Assembly: GCA_045805025.1 (NCBI GenBank)
Contig: JBJMLY010000037.1
Location: 1-33,989, forward strand
Length of the DNA stretch: 33,989 nt
Direction of reading: 5' to 3'
Source: Cytophagaceae bacterium
Lineage (GTDB): Bacteria; Bacteroidota; Bacteroidia; Cytophagales; Cytophagaceae
The notes beneath the pieces were generated by a model. That model did not search any database. It had not been told where the DNA came from and saw nothing but the letters and a program-made list of their open reading frames with translations. Below are positions 1-9,452 of the stretch, in pieces. How positions within the stretch are numbered: position 1 is the first letter of the stretch; the number at the start of each line of letters is the position of its first letter. The position numbers were made by a program, and so were the translations under genes.

Positions 1-35
1 CTTTTGGTAAACTTCAGAAATTAGAGCTTTAGCCT

Positions 36-749
36 ATGCCATTCTCCACTGAGCCCGTAGCAAGCGTTAAAGACCTGAGCATTTTTTATGAAAAAAACGC
101 TACTCTGAGCGACATAAGCTTTGATATTCAGAAAGGAGAATTCGTATACCTCATCGGCAGGACAGGCAGTGGAAAAAGCTCACTCCTTAAAACATTATAT
201 GCCGATTTACCCATCACAAAAGGGAGCGCCCAGGTTACCGGCTACCAGCTCGAGAAAATCAAAAGATCTCAGATTCCATACCTGAGAAGGAAAATCGGAA
301 TCATTTTTCAGGACTTTCAGCTGTTACATGACCGCAGCGTGGGGGAAAACCTGCTTTTCGTCATGAAGGCAACGGGCTGGAAGGACCGTTCAAAGATCAA
401 ACAGCGATTGTCAGATGTACTTATGAGAGTCGGTCTTGCTTCCGCCGTGGATAAAATGCCACACCAGCTTTCCGGAGGCGAGCAACAGAGAATTGTGGTA
501 GCGAGAGCTCTCATCAACGAACCTACCCTGCTGATTGCCGACGAGCCTACCGGAAATCTTGATCCGGAAGTGGCCGAAGGAATATTGAAGCTGTTCCAGG
601 AAATCAATAAAGCAGGAACCACCATTCTGATGGCCACCCACAACCATACTTTCCTTGACAGATATCCGGCCAGAGTTTTAAAAGTAGAAAACTCTACGGT
701 GCTCGATTCATCCAAAGAAGTATTCAGCTTCAGTTTCAAAAATGTCTGA
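36..749 (+). CDS. ftsE: FtsE-like cell-division-type ABC transporter ATP-binding protein
   Basis: 237-aa ORF with Walker A GRTGSGKSS, ABC signature LSGGEQQR, Walker B LLIADEPTGNLD and H-loop MATHN. Size and layout match FtsE-type ATPases. No FtsX-like permease gene is adjacent. Confidence 0.85.
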   Translation: MPFSTEPVASVKDLSIFYEKNATLSDISFDIQKGEFVYLIGRTGSGKSSLLKTLYADLPITKGSAQVTGYQLEKIKRSQIPYLRRKIGIIFQDFQLLHDRSVGENLLFVMKATGWKDRSKIKQRLSDVLMRVGLASAVDKMPHQLSGGEQQRIVVARALINEPTLLIADEPTGNLDPEVAEGILKLFQEINKAGTTILMATHNHTFLDRYPARVLKVENSTVLDSSKEVFSFSFKNV

Positions 750-1641
750 GCTTACCGGACTATCGATACTTATTCCCATATATAATCAGGATGTCAGGCC
801 GCTTATTAATCAGCTGCTGGAACAACTAAGCAGGCTATCCATACCGGCCGAAATACGATGTTACGACGACGGATCAGACACCGCCATTAAACTTCTTAAC
901 CAGGAACTCAGGCAAAATAAGTCTGTTGTTTACATGGAACTTCCTCTCAATATCGGACGGTCTGCCATCAGAAATAAACTCGCACAGGAGGCTGCCTATC
1001 CCCAGCTGCTTTTGCTCGACGGCAATGTAGAGATCACTAAAAAGGATTTTCTGGAGACCTATATTAAACAAGCTTCGCAATCGCCGGTGCTGATCGGAGG
1101 CTCAGTATACGACTATGTGCCGGAAACAGCACAATCCCTTCGCTGGAAATACGGAAAGAGCCGGGAATCTAAACCTGCCGTCTTACGATCGGCCCACCCA
1201 TACCGGGGCATTACACTTAAAAATATTCTGATCAGAAAAGAGGTTTACCTGCAAAATCCCTTAGACGAAAGCATCCGTACCTATGGACATGAGGACACCA
1301 AGTTTGCTTACATGCTGAAAGAAAAAAAAGTAACGATACTGCACATAGAAAATCCGGTCAGACATATTAATCTGGATAACAACGAAGTATTTATCGGCAA
1401 AACACTGGACGGAGTTAAAAACTATTACCGGCTGATCAGAGAAGGATATGCGGGGGATTCCCGACTTTACGATATGTATAAAATTTTCAGGCTGTTCCCT
1501 TTCAAACAGCTGTTCAAAAGCTTCTACGCATTATTAAAACTGCGTATTGACAAAAACCTGCGCTCCGGAAATCCTTCCCTGCTTTATTTTGATCTGATGA
1601 AACTAAGGGCTCTGCTGCAGGAAAAGGAATCGAACGCCTGA
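742..1641 (+). CDS. Family-2 glycosyltransferase (GT-A fold)
   Basis: 299-aa ORF with N-terminal LSILIPIYNQ followed by YDDGSD, typical of GT2 enzymes. The ATG at 742 overlaps the ftsE stop (ATGTCTGA), which suggests translational coupling. Confidence 0.8.
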   Translation: MSELTGLSILIPIYNQDVRPLINQLLEQLSRLSIPAEIRCYDDGSDTAIKLLNQELRQNKSVVYMELPLNIGRSAIRNKLAQEAAYPQLLLLDGNVEITKKDFLETYIKQASQSPVLIGGSVYDYVPETAQSLRWKYGKSRESKPAVLRSAHPYRGITLKNILIRKEVYLQNPLDESIRTYGHEDTKFAYMLKEKKVTILHIENPVRHINLDNNEVFIGKTLDGVKNYYRLIREGYAGDSRLYDMYKIFRLFPFKQLFKSFYALLKLRIDKNLRSGNPSLLYFDLMKLRALLQEKESNA

Positions 1642-3069
1642 TTACAGTTCTTTAGCCGGAATAAGATTATATTTTTCTCTGGCAAGCTTAATCATATACT
1701 CAAAAACCTCTTCGTACGTATTATTTACTTTACCTTCCAGAATCGCCTCCCGCAGTTCTGTTTTGATCTCTCCTACGATCTTTGAAGGTTTAAGCGCGAA
1801 GATCTCCATGATCTGCTCCCCCGTTATCACTGGCTGAAAATTCCGCAGGTAATCTTTTTCCTCCACCTCGGCGATCTTCTGTTCCACCTTATCAAAATTT
1901 TCCAGGTATCGCTTTACCTTGGTGTTGTTTTTGGAGGTAATATCGGCACGGCAAAGAATCATCAGGGCTTTAAGATCCTCTCCTGCTTCGAACATAAGCC
2001 TTCTCACCGCTGAATCAGTAACCTCATCCTTTACAAGCGCGATGGGCCTCAGGTGAAGCTTCACGAGATTAGATACCGATTTCATTTTTTCATTCAATGG
2101 AAGTTTCATTCTCCGGAAGATACCGGGCACCATTCTGGATCCTTTATCTTCATGTCCGTGGAAAGTCCATCCTACTCTCTTATCAAAACGCTTGGTAGCC
2201 GGCTTGGCAATATCGTGCAGAATGGCAGCCCAGCGCAACCAGAGGTCGTCTGAATGCTGGGCAGTATTGTCCAGCACCTGGAGCGTATGATAAAAATTAT
2301 CCTTGTGCGACTTATTATCGATGGTGTGTACCCCCTGCAAATCCACCAGCTCAGGAAATATCATATGCAGGATCTCAGCCTGAAATAAAAGCTTGAATCC
2401 ATATGATGGCTTAGGTGAAAGAATGATCTTATTAAGCTCTTCCGAAATTCGTTCCATCGAGACGATCGAAAGCCTTTCCCGGTTCCGGATAATGGCGTCG
2501 AAGGTATCAGGGGCAATGTCAAAATTGAGCTGTGAAGCAAAGCGTATAGCCCGCATGATCCTCAGCGGATCATCTGAAAAAGTAATGTCGGGATCCAGCG
2601 GTGTTTTCAGGTTCTTCTTCTGAATATCTTCCAGTCCGCCGAAAGGATCCAGCAATTCCCCATAATTTTTCCTGTTAAGGCTGATCGCCATCGCGTTGAT
2701 GGTAAAGTCCCTTCTGTTCTGATCGTCTTCGAGTGTCCCATCTTCTACGACAGGCTTCCGTGAATCCCTGTTGTACGATTCCTTTCTGGCACCTACAAAC
2801 TCCACTTCCCACTCACCAAATCGAAGCATCGCCGTACCGAAATTCTTAAAGGTCGTCACCTGAACATCCTTACCGATATTTCCGGCCACCTTTTCTGCCA
2901 GACTTATCCCGCTGCCCACACAGACGATGTCGATGTCTTTCGATTCTCTTTTCAGGATCAGGTCCCGCACAAAGCCCCCTACCACATAGGCTTCAATGCC
3001 AAGCTCAGCGGCACTTTGGGCAACCAGTTCAAATACTTTGTGTGCATTTAATGTTTCTGCGAAATTCAT
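1642..3069 (-). CDS. cca: tRNA nucleotidyltransferase (CCA-adding enzyme / poly(A) polymerase family) with C-terminal HD domain
   Basis: 475-aa ORF with nucleotidyltransferase head motifs (VVGGFVRD, DIDIV), the RDFTINAMA motif of the PolyA_pol family, and an HD-type region (ILHDIAKP, HGHEDKG). Its stop codon directly abuts the GT2 stop on the other strand. Confidence 0.85.
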   Translation of the reverse strand: MNFAETLNAHKVFELVAQSAAELGIEAYVVGGFVRDLILKRESKDIDIVCVGSGISLAEKVAGNIGKDVQVTTFKNFGTAMLRFGEWEVEFVGARKESYNRDSRKPVVEDGTLEDDQNRRDFTINAMAISLNRKNYGELLDPFGGLEDIQKKNLKTPLDPDITFSDDPLRIMRAIRFASQLNFDIAPDTFDAIIRNRERLSIVSMERISEELNKIILSPKPSYGFKLLFQAEILHMIFPELVDLQGVHTIDNKSHKDNFYHTLQVLDNTAQHSDDLWLRWAAILHDIAKPATKRFDKRVGWTFHGHEDKGSRMVPGIFRRMKLPLNEKMKSVSNLVKLHLRPIALVKDEVTDSAVRRLMFEAGEDLKALMILCRADITSKNNTKVKRYLENFDKVEQKIAEVEEKDYLRNFQPVITGEQIMEIFALKPSKIVGEIKTELREAILEGKVNNTYEEVFEYMIKLAREKYNLIPAKEL

Positions 3070-3081
3070 CCAGTACCCTGA

Positions 3082-3657
3082 TTATTTTCTTATAAATTTG
3101 ATTTCGCCGTTAAGCTCGAGTTTCATGATCGTGGAAGGTGTCGAAGGGGATGACTCCTGTTGTCTCCAATTTACCACATAATCAACACCGCTCAAAATAC
3201 CCGGATTAATTTGCGAGAAGATAGCAGGAGAAGGATCGCCGCTGAAATTGGCGGACGTAGATACAATCGCTTTGCGGAATTTATTGATCAGATTACGGCA
3301 GAACTCATCGCGCACCAGGCGTATCGCTATAGAGCCGTCTTCTCCCAGCAATTCCTTCGCGACATTTTTTCCCTGGGGGTAAATGACCGTTAAAGGTTTC
3401 TCGGCAAAGTCGACCAGGTCCCAGGCAATTTCCGGAATCTTCTGCACATAGTTGTAAAGCTGACCTATTTCCGAGATCAGCACGATCATGGCTTTATGGT
3501 CGGCTCTTTTCTTTAGCTCAAAAATCTTTTTCACCGCATTTGAGTTACCGGCATCACAGCCGACCCCCCAGATGGTATCGGTGGGATAAAGAATAATCCC
3601 ATCCTTTTTTAAATACTCCAGCGTCTTGGTTATTTCTGACTGCATCATTAATGACAA
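3082..3657 (-). CDS. tsaC: L-threonylcarbamoyladenylate synthase (YrdC/TsaC type)
   Basis: 191-aa ORF with YrdC/Sua5-fold motifs YPTDTIWGVGCDA and VSTSANFSGDP. It lies 12 bp upstream of cca on the same strand, so it is probably co-transcribed. Confidence 0.85.
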   Translation of the reverse strand: MSLMMQSEITKTLEYLKKDGIILYPTDTIWGVGCDAGNSNAVKKIFELKKRADHKAMIVLISEIGQLYNYVQKIPEIAWDLVDFAEKPLTVIYPQGKNVAKELLGEDGSIAIRLVRDEFCRNLINKFRKAIVSTSANFSGDPSPAIFSQINPGILSGVDYVVNWRQQESSPSTPSTIMKLELNGEIKFIRK

Positions 3658-3734
3658 AGTTCTGTATTTTCCCCGTAATCCTTACAGCTTTCTTCCATTT
3701 ATGTTATATTTAATAGCAAGAGCTTGTTTCCTCT

Positions 3735-4364
3735 ATGCCGCTTATAGCCAACCTCAGTACACAAAACCTCCGCGAGAAGTATCCACTGCTCTGGATTCTG
3801 ATTACCAATCTGATTCCGGTTGCGGGAGTTCTTTACGCAGGATGGAACGTCTACGAGATCGTCCTGATGTACTGGTGGGAGACTCTCGTAATAGGCCTGT
3901 TCTGCCTGATCAGCCTGATCATTTCCAATGCAGAAAAAAATCTTCTGGTCCGGGGCGGATTCGCTGTGTTTTTCTTCGTGCATTTCGGACTTTTCTCGGC
4001 CATACAGGGTTTGTTTATTTTCATCATGCTAAAAGGCGACCACATAGATCATGCACAAAGCTTACAATATGGAGTCCTGATTTTATTCTTCAACTACCTG
4101 ATTCATTTTTTCAATGATTATATCTTTTCAGGCAAGTATAAAAGCCGTGAATCCCCTTCCCTGTTTGGAGTATACGGACGAATAGTCATCCAGCAGTTCG
4201 TCATCCTGATAGGAGGTTATATCACTACAAAGACTGCTATGAGTTCAGACATACGAATGCTGACCCTGCTGATCGCTCTTAAAACTTCGGTAGACCTTGG
4301 AGTTTATTTCCTGCAAAAGAAGAGTACTATAAAAACAGCGGAAATTCAAAATCACGATCGATGA
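3735..4364 (+). CDS. Multi-pass membrane protein of unknown function (DUF6498-like)
   Basis: 209-aa ORF with about 5-6 hydrophobic helices. The N-terminal NLIPVAGVLYAGWNVYEIVLMYWWETLVIG resembles DUF6498-family proteins, but that assignment is from memory only. Confidence 0.6.
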   Translation: MPLIANLSTQNLREKYPLLWILITNLIPVAGVLYAGWNVYEIVLMYWWETLVIGLFCLISLIISNAEKNLLVRGGFAVFFFVHFGLFSAIQGLFIFIMLKGDHIDHAQSLQYGVLILFFNYLIHFFNDYIFSGKYKSRESPSLFGVYGRIVIQQFVILIGGYITTKTAMSSDIRMLTLLIALKTSVDLGVYFLQKKSTIKTAEIQNHDR

Positions 4365-4799
4365 TTAAATTATCGGCTTGACCAATCAGGATATTTCTCC
4401 CTATAAAAACAACAATCCTTAATATGGCATATTCGGACTTGCATTTCTGATGATAAAAGCTGTGTGGTGTCTTCATTCAGGCTCAAAAAGGGAAATAAGC
4501 TGTTCTATGAAAAACTGTCAAAGGTTTCTGTCCATCATATAGGCCATATCGGGGGTTTGCCGCATTGCGAAACTTCAGAAAATGCTTCATGACCTCCGCC
4601 AAAGGCGAATTAAAAACCATTGATCTGGAAGATTTCAGATTGTGTAACAATTGCCGGGAAATAATAGGATTAAACCCATAGACAGGAGCTCTCTTTCCTC
4701 GGCTGCCGCTCAGCGATGGATTTTTTTTTCAACACACAAAAATAAGTCGGTTAATTATCCTAACTTCGTACCCCATAAGTTCATGATTCATTATTGCTT

Positions 4800-6431
4800 A
4801 TGGCCTCCGCTAAATATATTTTTGTAACAGGTGGTGTTACGTCTTCCTTAGGAAAAGGGATTATTTCAGCCTCCTTGGGTAAACTTCTGCAAGCCAGAGG
4901 CTTCTCCGTTACCATTCAAAAATTCGACCCCTATATCAACATTGATCCGGGTACGCTTAATCCTTACGAACACGGGGAATGTTTTGTCACCGACGACGGT
5001 GCCGAAACCGACCTGGATCTTGGTCATTACGAACGATTTCTGAATATCCCGACTTCACAGGCTAATAATGTAACGACTGGAAAAATCTACAACACCGTTA
5101 TCTCCAAGGAACGAGAAGGCGCCTTTCTTGGCAAAACCGTACAGGTGGTGCCACACATCACCGACGAGATCAAAAGAAATATTCAGCTTCTGGGTGAAAC
5201 CGGAGAATACGATATTGTAATCACCGAAGTGGGAGGATGTGTGGGGGATATTGAATCCCTGCCTTTCCTGGAAGCCATCAGGCAGCTGAGATGGGAACTC
5301 GGACCGAACGACATCGCTTTCATTCACCTGACCCTGGTTCCCTTCATCAAGACCGCAGGAGAACTGAAAACAAAACCGACACAGCATTCCGTAAAGCAGC
5401 TGTCAGAAGCCGGAATTCAGCCTGATATTCTGGTATGCCGCACAGAATATCCGTTGCCTGCCGATATCCGCAAAAAAGTAGCCTTGTTCTGCAACGTATC
5501 TATTAATTCAGTAATCGAATCCATCGATGCGGAAACGATCTACGATGTACCCCTGCTGATGAGAAAAGAAAAGCTGGACGAACGGGTGCTTACCAAATTG
5601 AAATTACCGCATAAGATTGAAGCGGACATTGACACCTGGAAGGACTTTCTGGGTAAGCTGAAAAATCCGACTTACGAAGTAAACATCGGACTCATAGGAA
5701 AATATGTAGAACTGAAAGATGCTTATAAATCCATCGCCGAAGCGTTTATTCACGCAGGCGCGGAAAACGAGTGCAAGGTGCATCTGAAATGGATCCAATC
5801 AGAAACTTTGAATAAGGAAACGATGGAGCATCAGCTGAGCGAGCTGGATGGAATCCTGGTAGCGCCGGGCTTCGGAGAACGAGGCATTGAAGGAAAGATT
5901 GATGCGGTACGGTTTGCCCGTGAAAAGAATATCCCATTTTTCGGTATCTGCCTTGGAATGCAGTGCGCGGTAATTGAATTCGGACGCCATGTGCTCCATT
6001 TTAAAGATGCCGCTTCAACCGAGATGAACAAAAACACCAGCCATCCGGTCATTGACATGATGGAATCGCAGAAAAAAGTCACTAAGAAAGGCGGAACCAT
6101 GAGACTGGGAGCTTACCCATGCGAGCTTACCAAGGGTTCCAAAGCGCACCACATCTATGGAAAAAGCAAGATTTCGGAACGTCACAGACATCGCTTTGAG
6201 TTCAACAACAAGTATTTAAAGCAATATGAGCATGCAGGAATGATTGCTTCGGGTATAAATCCGCAATCAAACCTGGTCGAGATTATTGAGCTTAAAGATC
6301 ACCGCTATTTCGTTGGCGTTCAGTTCCATCCGGAATTAAAGAGCACCGTGCTGAATCCTCACCCGCTTTTTGTTAAGTTTGTAAAAGCATCAATCGATTA
6401 TTCAAAAGAAAATAAACAGAACACAAAATAA
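4800..6431 (+). CDS. pyrG: CTP synthase
   Basis: The ORF contains [17 protein letters not shown] (synthetase P-loop region) and a C-terminal glutamine amidotransferase with GICLGMQ and HRHRFE. The track begins at TTG 4794; ATG 4800 ([12 protein letters not shown]) is the more likely start. Confidence 0.95.
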   Translation: MASAKYIFVTGGVTSSLGKGIISASLGKLLQARGFSVTIQKFDPYINIDPGTLNPYEHGECFVTDDGAETDLDLGHYERFLNIPTSQANNVTTGKIYNTVISKEREGAFLGKTVQVVPHITDEIKRNIQLLGETGEYDIVITEVGGCVGDIESLPFLEAIRQLRWELGPNDIAFIHLTLVPFIKTAGELKTKPTQHSVKQLSEAGIQPDILVCRTEYPLPADIRKKVALFCNVSINSVIESIDAETIYDVPLLMRKEKLDERVLTKLKLPHKIEADIDTWKDFLGKLKNPTYEVNIGLIGKYVELKDAYKSIAEAFIHAGAENECKVHLKWIQSETLNKETMEHQLSELDGILVAPGFGERGIEGKIDAVRFAREKNIPFFGICLGMQCAVIEFGRHVLHFKDAASTEMNKNTSHPVIDMMESQKKVTKKGGTMRLGAYPCELTKGSKAHHIYGKSKISERHRHRFEFNNKYLKQYEHAGMIASGINPQSNLVEIIELKDHRYFVGVQFHPELKSTVLNPHPLFVKFVKASIDYSKENKQNTK

Positions 6432-6443
6432 TTTTAAGTTATA

Positions 6444-8237
6444 ATGGATAGAAATCAGATTACCGGGATCGTGATGATCACCGTTCTGATGCTCGCATAT
6501 TTCGTTTATATGGGCAACAGACAAGACAAGATCGCAGACCAGCCTCTGAACGATACCTCCAGAGTGAAGGGACAAACTACGCTGCCTAAGCTGGCTGCTG
6601 CCGCGGATTCCGCCAAAGCGGATTCAGCTTTCGGCGCTGCCGTACAGGGCGAAGCCAGAGAAATAATTCTGGAAAACAAAAACGAAATCAAAGTACATCT
6701 GAATACAAGGGGTGGAAAAGTAGACAAGGTCTTATTGAAAAAATTCCTGACCTACGATAAAAAGCCTTTGTATGTGATTGATGAGAACAGCAGCCAGATC
6801 AATCTCTTGGTACAGACCAATAAAGGCAAAAAGGATATCTACGATCTTTACTACAAGGCCAGTGAATCTAAAAAAGGCGATACCAGCCTGGTCACCTTCC
6901 GGTACGACCTGGCTCCCGGCAAAGCCATCGTCCAGACCTACAGCCTGGCACCCGAAAGCTATGTGGTAAAATACGACCTGCAGATGATCGGCATGGATCA
7001 GGAAATTCAGAATGTACCCGCCGAATTTGTATGGAACGACAACCTGCCGAAAAATGAAGCGGACATCGAACAGGCCCGTGCCCGCTCAACGATCAATTAT
7101 TATACGAGCGAAGAAGGGTTTGACAACCTGAGCGAAGCTTCAAAAGATAAAGAAACTGAAAAGCTGGACAAAAAAATCAGCTGGGTTTCCATGAAACAGA
7201 AGTTTTTCTGCTCTTCCATTATTTCGAAGAACGGATTTGAAAAAGGAACAGTAACCAGTTCGGTTGACGAAGCCGATATGCAAGGCATCAAACAGCTGCG
7301 GGCGGATCTTTTCATTCCTATCGGCGATCTGAAATCGGGCAAAGGCCAGTTTGAATATTACTTCGGACCGGTCCATTATAATACATTAAAAACAGTAACC
7401 AGCGCCGAAGACTTTGACAAGAACGTAACCCTGGGCTGGCCCGTGATCAACTGGATCAACCGCTTTGTGGTAATTCCTGTGTTCAACTTCCTGAGAGACG
7501 TGATCAGCAGCTATGGTATTATTATCATCATCCTGGCAATCCTGGTAAAACTGATTACACTGCCATTGTCCTATAAATCGCAGATCTCCATGGCCAAGAT
7601 GAGAGTGCTGAAGCCGGAGATGGATGAGATCAAAGCTAAATTCCCGGATGATATGCAGAAGCAGCAGGTGGAACAGATGGCTCTATACAAGCAGGTAGGC
7701 ATTAACCCTCTGAGCGGCTGTATACCCGTGCTGCTTTCCATGCCGGTTCTGCTGGCCATGTTCAGCTTCTTCCCCAATTCTATTGAGCTAAGACAGGAAT
7801 CATTCCTCTGGGCAAATGACCTTTCAACCTACGATGCCCCAATTCTCTTGCCATTCACGATTCCGTTTTATGGTTCGCACGTGAGTATTTTCACCCTACT
7901 GATGACTTTGTCAACACTGGCATTCACTTACTTTAACAATCAGATGAGCGCTTCGGTACAGGGCCCGATGAAAGTAGTTTCCTACCTGATGCCCGTTATT
8001 TTCATGTTTGTACTGAACAGCTTCCCTGCCGGACTAAGCTTCTACTATTTTGTATCCAACATCCTGGCCATCGGACAGCAAATGGGTATCCGTAAGTTTG
8101 TAAATGAAGAGCAGATCAGAGCTACGCTGGATGAAAACAAAAAGAAAAACGCGGCAGGCGGAACCGGTAAGAAATCAGCCTGGATGCAGCGGGTGGATGA
8201 GGCGATGAGAATGAGAGACGATAAGAAGAAAAAGTAA
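6444..8237 (+). CDS. yidC: Membrane protein insertase YidC (long Bacteroidota form)
   Basis: 597-aa ORF with an N-terminal TM helix, a large periplasmic domain and the C-terminal 60-kDa insertase core (LPLSYKSQISMAKMRVLKPEMDEI, NPLSGCIPVLLSMPVL). It follows pyrG, as is common in this phylum. Confidence 0.93.
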   Translation: MDRNQITGIVMITVLMLAYFVYMGNRQDKIADQPLNDTSRVKGQTTLPKLAAAADSAKADSAFGAAVQGEAREIILENKNEIKVHLNTRGGKVDKVLLKKFLTYDKKPLYVIDENSSQINLLVQTNKGKKDIYDLYYKASESKKGDTSLVTFRYDLAPGKAIVQTYSLAPESYVVKYDLQMIGMDQEIQNVPAEFVWNDNLPKNEADIEQARARSTINYYTSEEGFDNLSEASKDKETEKLDKKISWVSMKQKFFCSSIISKNGFEKGTVTSSVDEADMQGIKQLRADLFIPIGDLKSGKGQFEYYFGPVHYNTLKTVTSAEDFDKNVTLGWPVINWINRFVVIPVFNFLRDVISSYGIIIIILAILVKLITLPLSYKSQISMAKMRVLKPEMDEIKAKFPDDMQKQQVEQMALYKQVGINPLSGCIPVLLSMPVLLAMFSFFPNSIELRQESFLWANDLSTYDAPILLPFTIPFYGSHVSIFTLLMTLSTLAFTYFNNQMSASVQGPMKVVSYLMPVIFMFVLNSFPAGLSFYYFVSNILAIGQQMGIRKFVNEEQIRATLDENKKKNAAGGTGKKSAWMQRVDEAMRMRDDKKKK

Positions 8238-8264
8238 TACGTTATACGTTATACTTTTTAAGTA

Positions 8265-8293
8265 AAAAGCGGAAGGTTTCTTTCCGCTTTTTT
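8265..8293 (+). terminator. Rho-independent terminator after yidC
   Basis: The stem aaaagcggaa / ttccgctttt flanks a 7-nt loop, and its 3' arm runs into a 6-nt T tract ending at 8293 (ttccgcTTTTTT). It starts 28 nt after the yidC stop. Confidence 0.75.
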
Positions 8294-8308
8294 AATTAAA
8301 TTATTCTT

Positions 8309-8569
8309 ATGAATCACTTCTTGGAAATACTTTGTGGTATACTGACATGGTTTTCAATACAGCTTTATACGAACTTGCTACTAATTTGCATAGTAGGCGA
8401 AAATCGAAAAAACCAGTTTAAAAAGTTCTCCTATTATTTCCTTATTCCTATACCCACGTTTTTGTCATTATTTTATGACCTGCTTTTTTATGGTGAAATC
8501 CTCCCCACTTCTTTTCCTATAGTTTCTGTTACTATAACTACTACGGTGCTATTAGTCTTCAATATTTAA
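8309..8569 (+). CDS. Small hydrophobic hypothetical protein (possibly the 5' part of a frameshifted gene)
   Basis: 86-aa ORF with about 3 hydrophobic segments, in a visibly AT-rich stretch. I recognised no family motifs. See the overlapping start-less frame at 8497-8811. Confidence 0.45.
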   Translation: MNHFLEILCGILTWFSIQLYTNLLLICIVGENRKNQFKKFSYYFLIPIPTFLSLFYDLLFYGEILPTSFPIVSVTITTTVLLVFNI

Positions 8570-8811
8570 TCAACAGATATATAATTGACAAATTAAATAT
8601 TAGCAAATCAATTCCATGGATATTAATCCTTCAAAGTATTGTAGCAATATTCTTCTTTATTTTTGCAATAGTAAAAAAACAAGAGGCCGATCATTATAGA
8701 GCATTGGCAAAACGAAATGAGTTTGAAACAAAAAACATAAACTTCTATCTTAAAAAAGAGAATGAAAGATTGAAAGAAAATTTAAAGGAATGTCAAAAGA
8801 CCTTAAAATGA
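8497..8811 (+). other. About 104-codon open frame with no ATG/GTG/TTG upstream of its TM segment; possible 3' half of a frameshifted membrane/coiled-coil gene
   Basis: Hand translation of the frame starting at 8497 gives ...NRYIIDKLNISKSIPWILILQSIVAIFFFIFAIVKKQEADHYRALAKRNEFETKNINFYLKKENERLKENLKECQKTLK*. Its stop TGA (8809-8811) overlaps ATG 8808 of the next gene as ATGA. It overlaps the end of ORF 8309-8569 in the -1 frame. Confidence 0.3.
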
Positions 8812-9452
8812 AACACATATATTTTGTCAGCGGACTTGGGGCGGATGAGCGTGTATTTGATTTTCTGACACTGGACGAATCTGTTCAGAAACATTTCATA
8901 CAATGGCTTAAGCCTGAAACTGGTGAAAATATTGAAAGCTATGCGCAGAGGCTTTGTCAGCAAGTCGATCAGCGCAAGGATTTTATTCTGATCGGCGTTT
9001 CTTTCGGAGGAATGATCGCGGTTGAAATGGCCAGGCACATCAGTCCTTCCTGCATAATTATCATCTCAAGCGCCAGACACACCAATGAAATTTCTTCTCT
9101 TTATAAACTTGCCGGAATTTTAAAACTACACAGGATCATACCCGGCTTTCTGCTTAAATCTTCCAATTTTATAAGTCATTATTTCTTCGGCACCGAAACC
9201 ACAGAGGAAAAAAAATTACTCCAATCCATCTTAAAAGACACAGACCTTTATTTTCTGAGATGGGCACTGGGACAAATCGTCTGCTGGAAAACAAAGACAT
9301 CAACACCAGGATTAATCAAGATCCACGGCACCCGGGACCGGATCTTAAAATACCGACAGGCCGATTATACGATACAAAACGGAGGGCATCTTATGATCGT
9401 CAATAAAGCCCATGAAATCTCAGGCATTATCAACTCATTGATCCAAGGTTAA
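8808..9452 (+). CDS. Alpha/beta-fold hydrolase
   Basis: The ORF has N-terminal HIYFVSGLGADERVF and the nucleophile elbow GVSFGG (G-x-S-x-G). The track start is 8790; ATG 8808 (MKHIYFVSGLG) gives the usual N-terminus for this fold. Confidence 0.75.
   Translation: MKHIYFVSGLGADERVFDFLTLDESVQKHFIQWLKPETGENIESYAQRLCQQVDQRKDFILIGVSFGGMIAVEMARHISPSCIIIISSARHTNEISSLYKLAGILKLHRIIPGFLLKSSNFISHYFFGTETTEEKKLLQSILKDTDLYFLRWALGQIVCWKTKTSTPGLIKIHGTRDRILKYRQADYTIQNGGHLMIVNKAHEISGIINSLIQG

Noticed and set aside
317-739. Antisense ORFs inside ftsE (317-739 and 411-647)
   Set aside because: They lie opposite a gene with a complete set of ABC ATPase motifs and have no features of their own.
3626-4117. 163-aa plus-strand ORF, and 3699-3983 / 3851-4045 on the minus strand
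   Set aside because: These overlap the tsaC start and the DUF6498-like membrane protein gene in other frames. The in-frame membrane protein gives a coherent TM pattern, and these do not.
4375-4397. Apparent extra copies of the GxxExxY inverted-repeat core (aatcaggat at 4383; tcctgattc at about 33864)
   Set aside because: Only 9-mers match and the flanking bases do not. Matches of that length are expected by chance in 2 x 34 kb.
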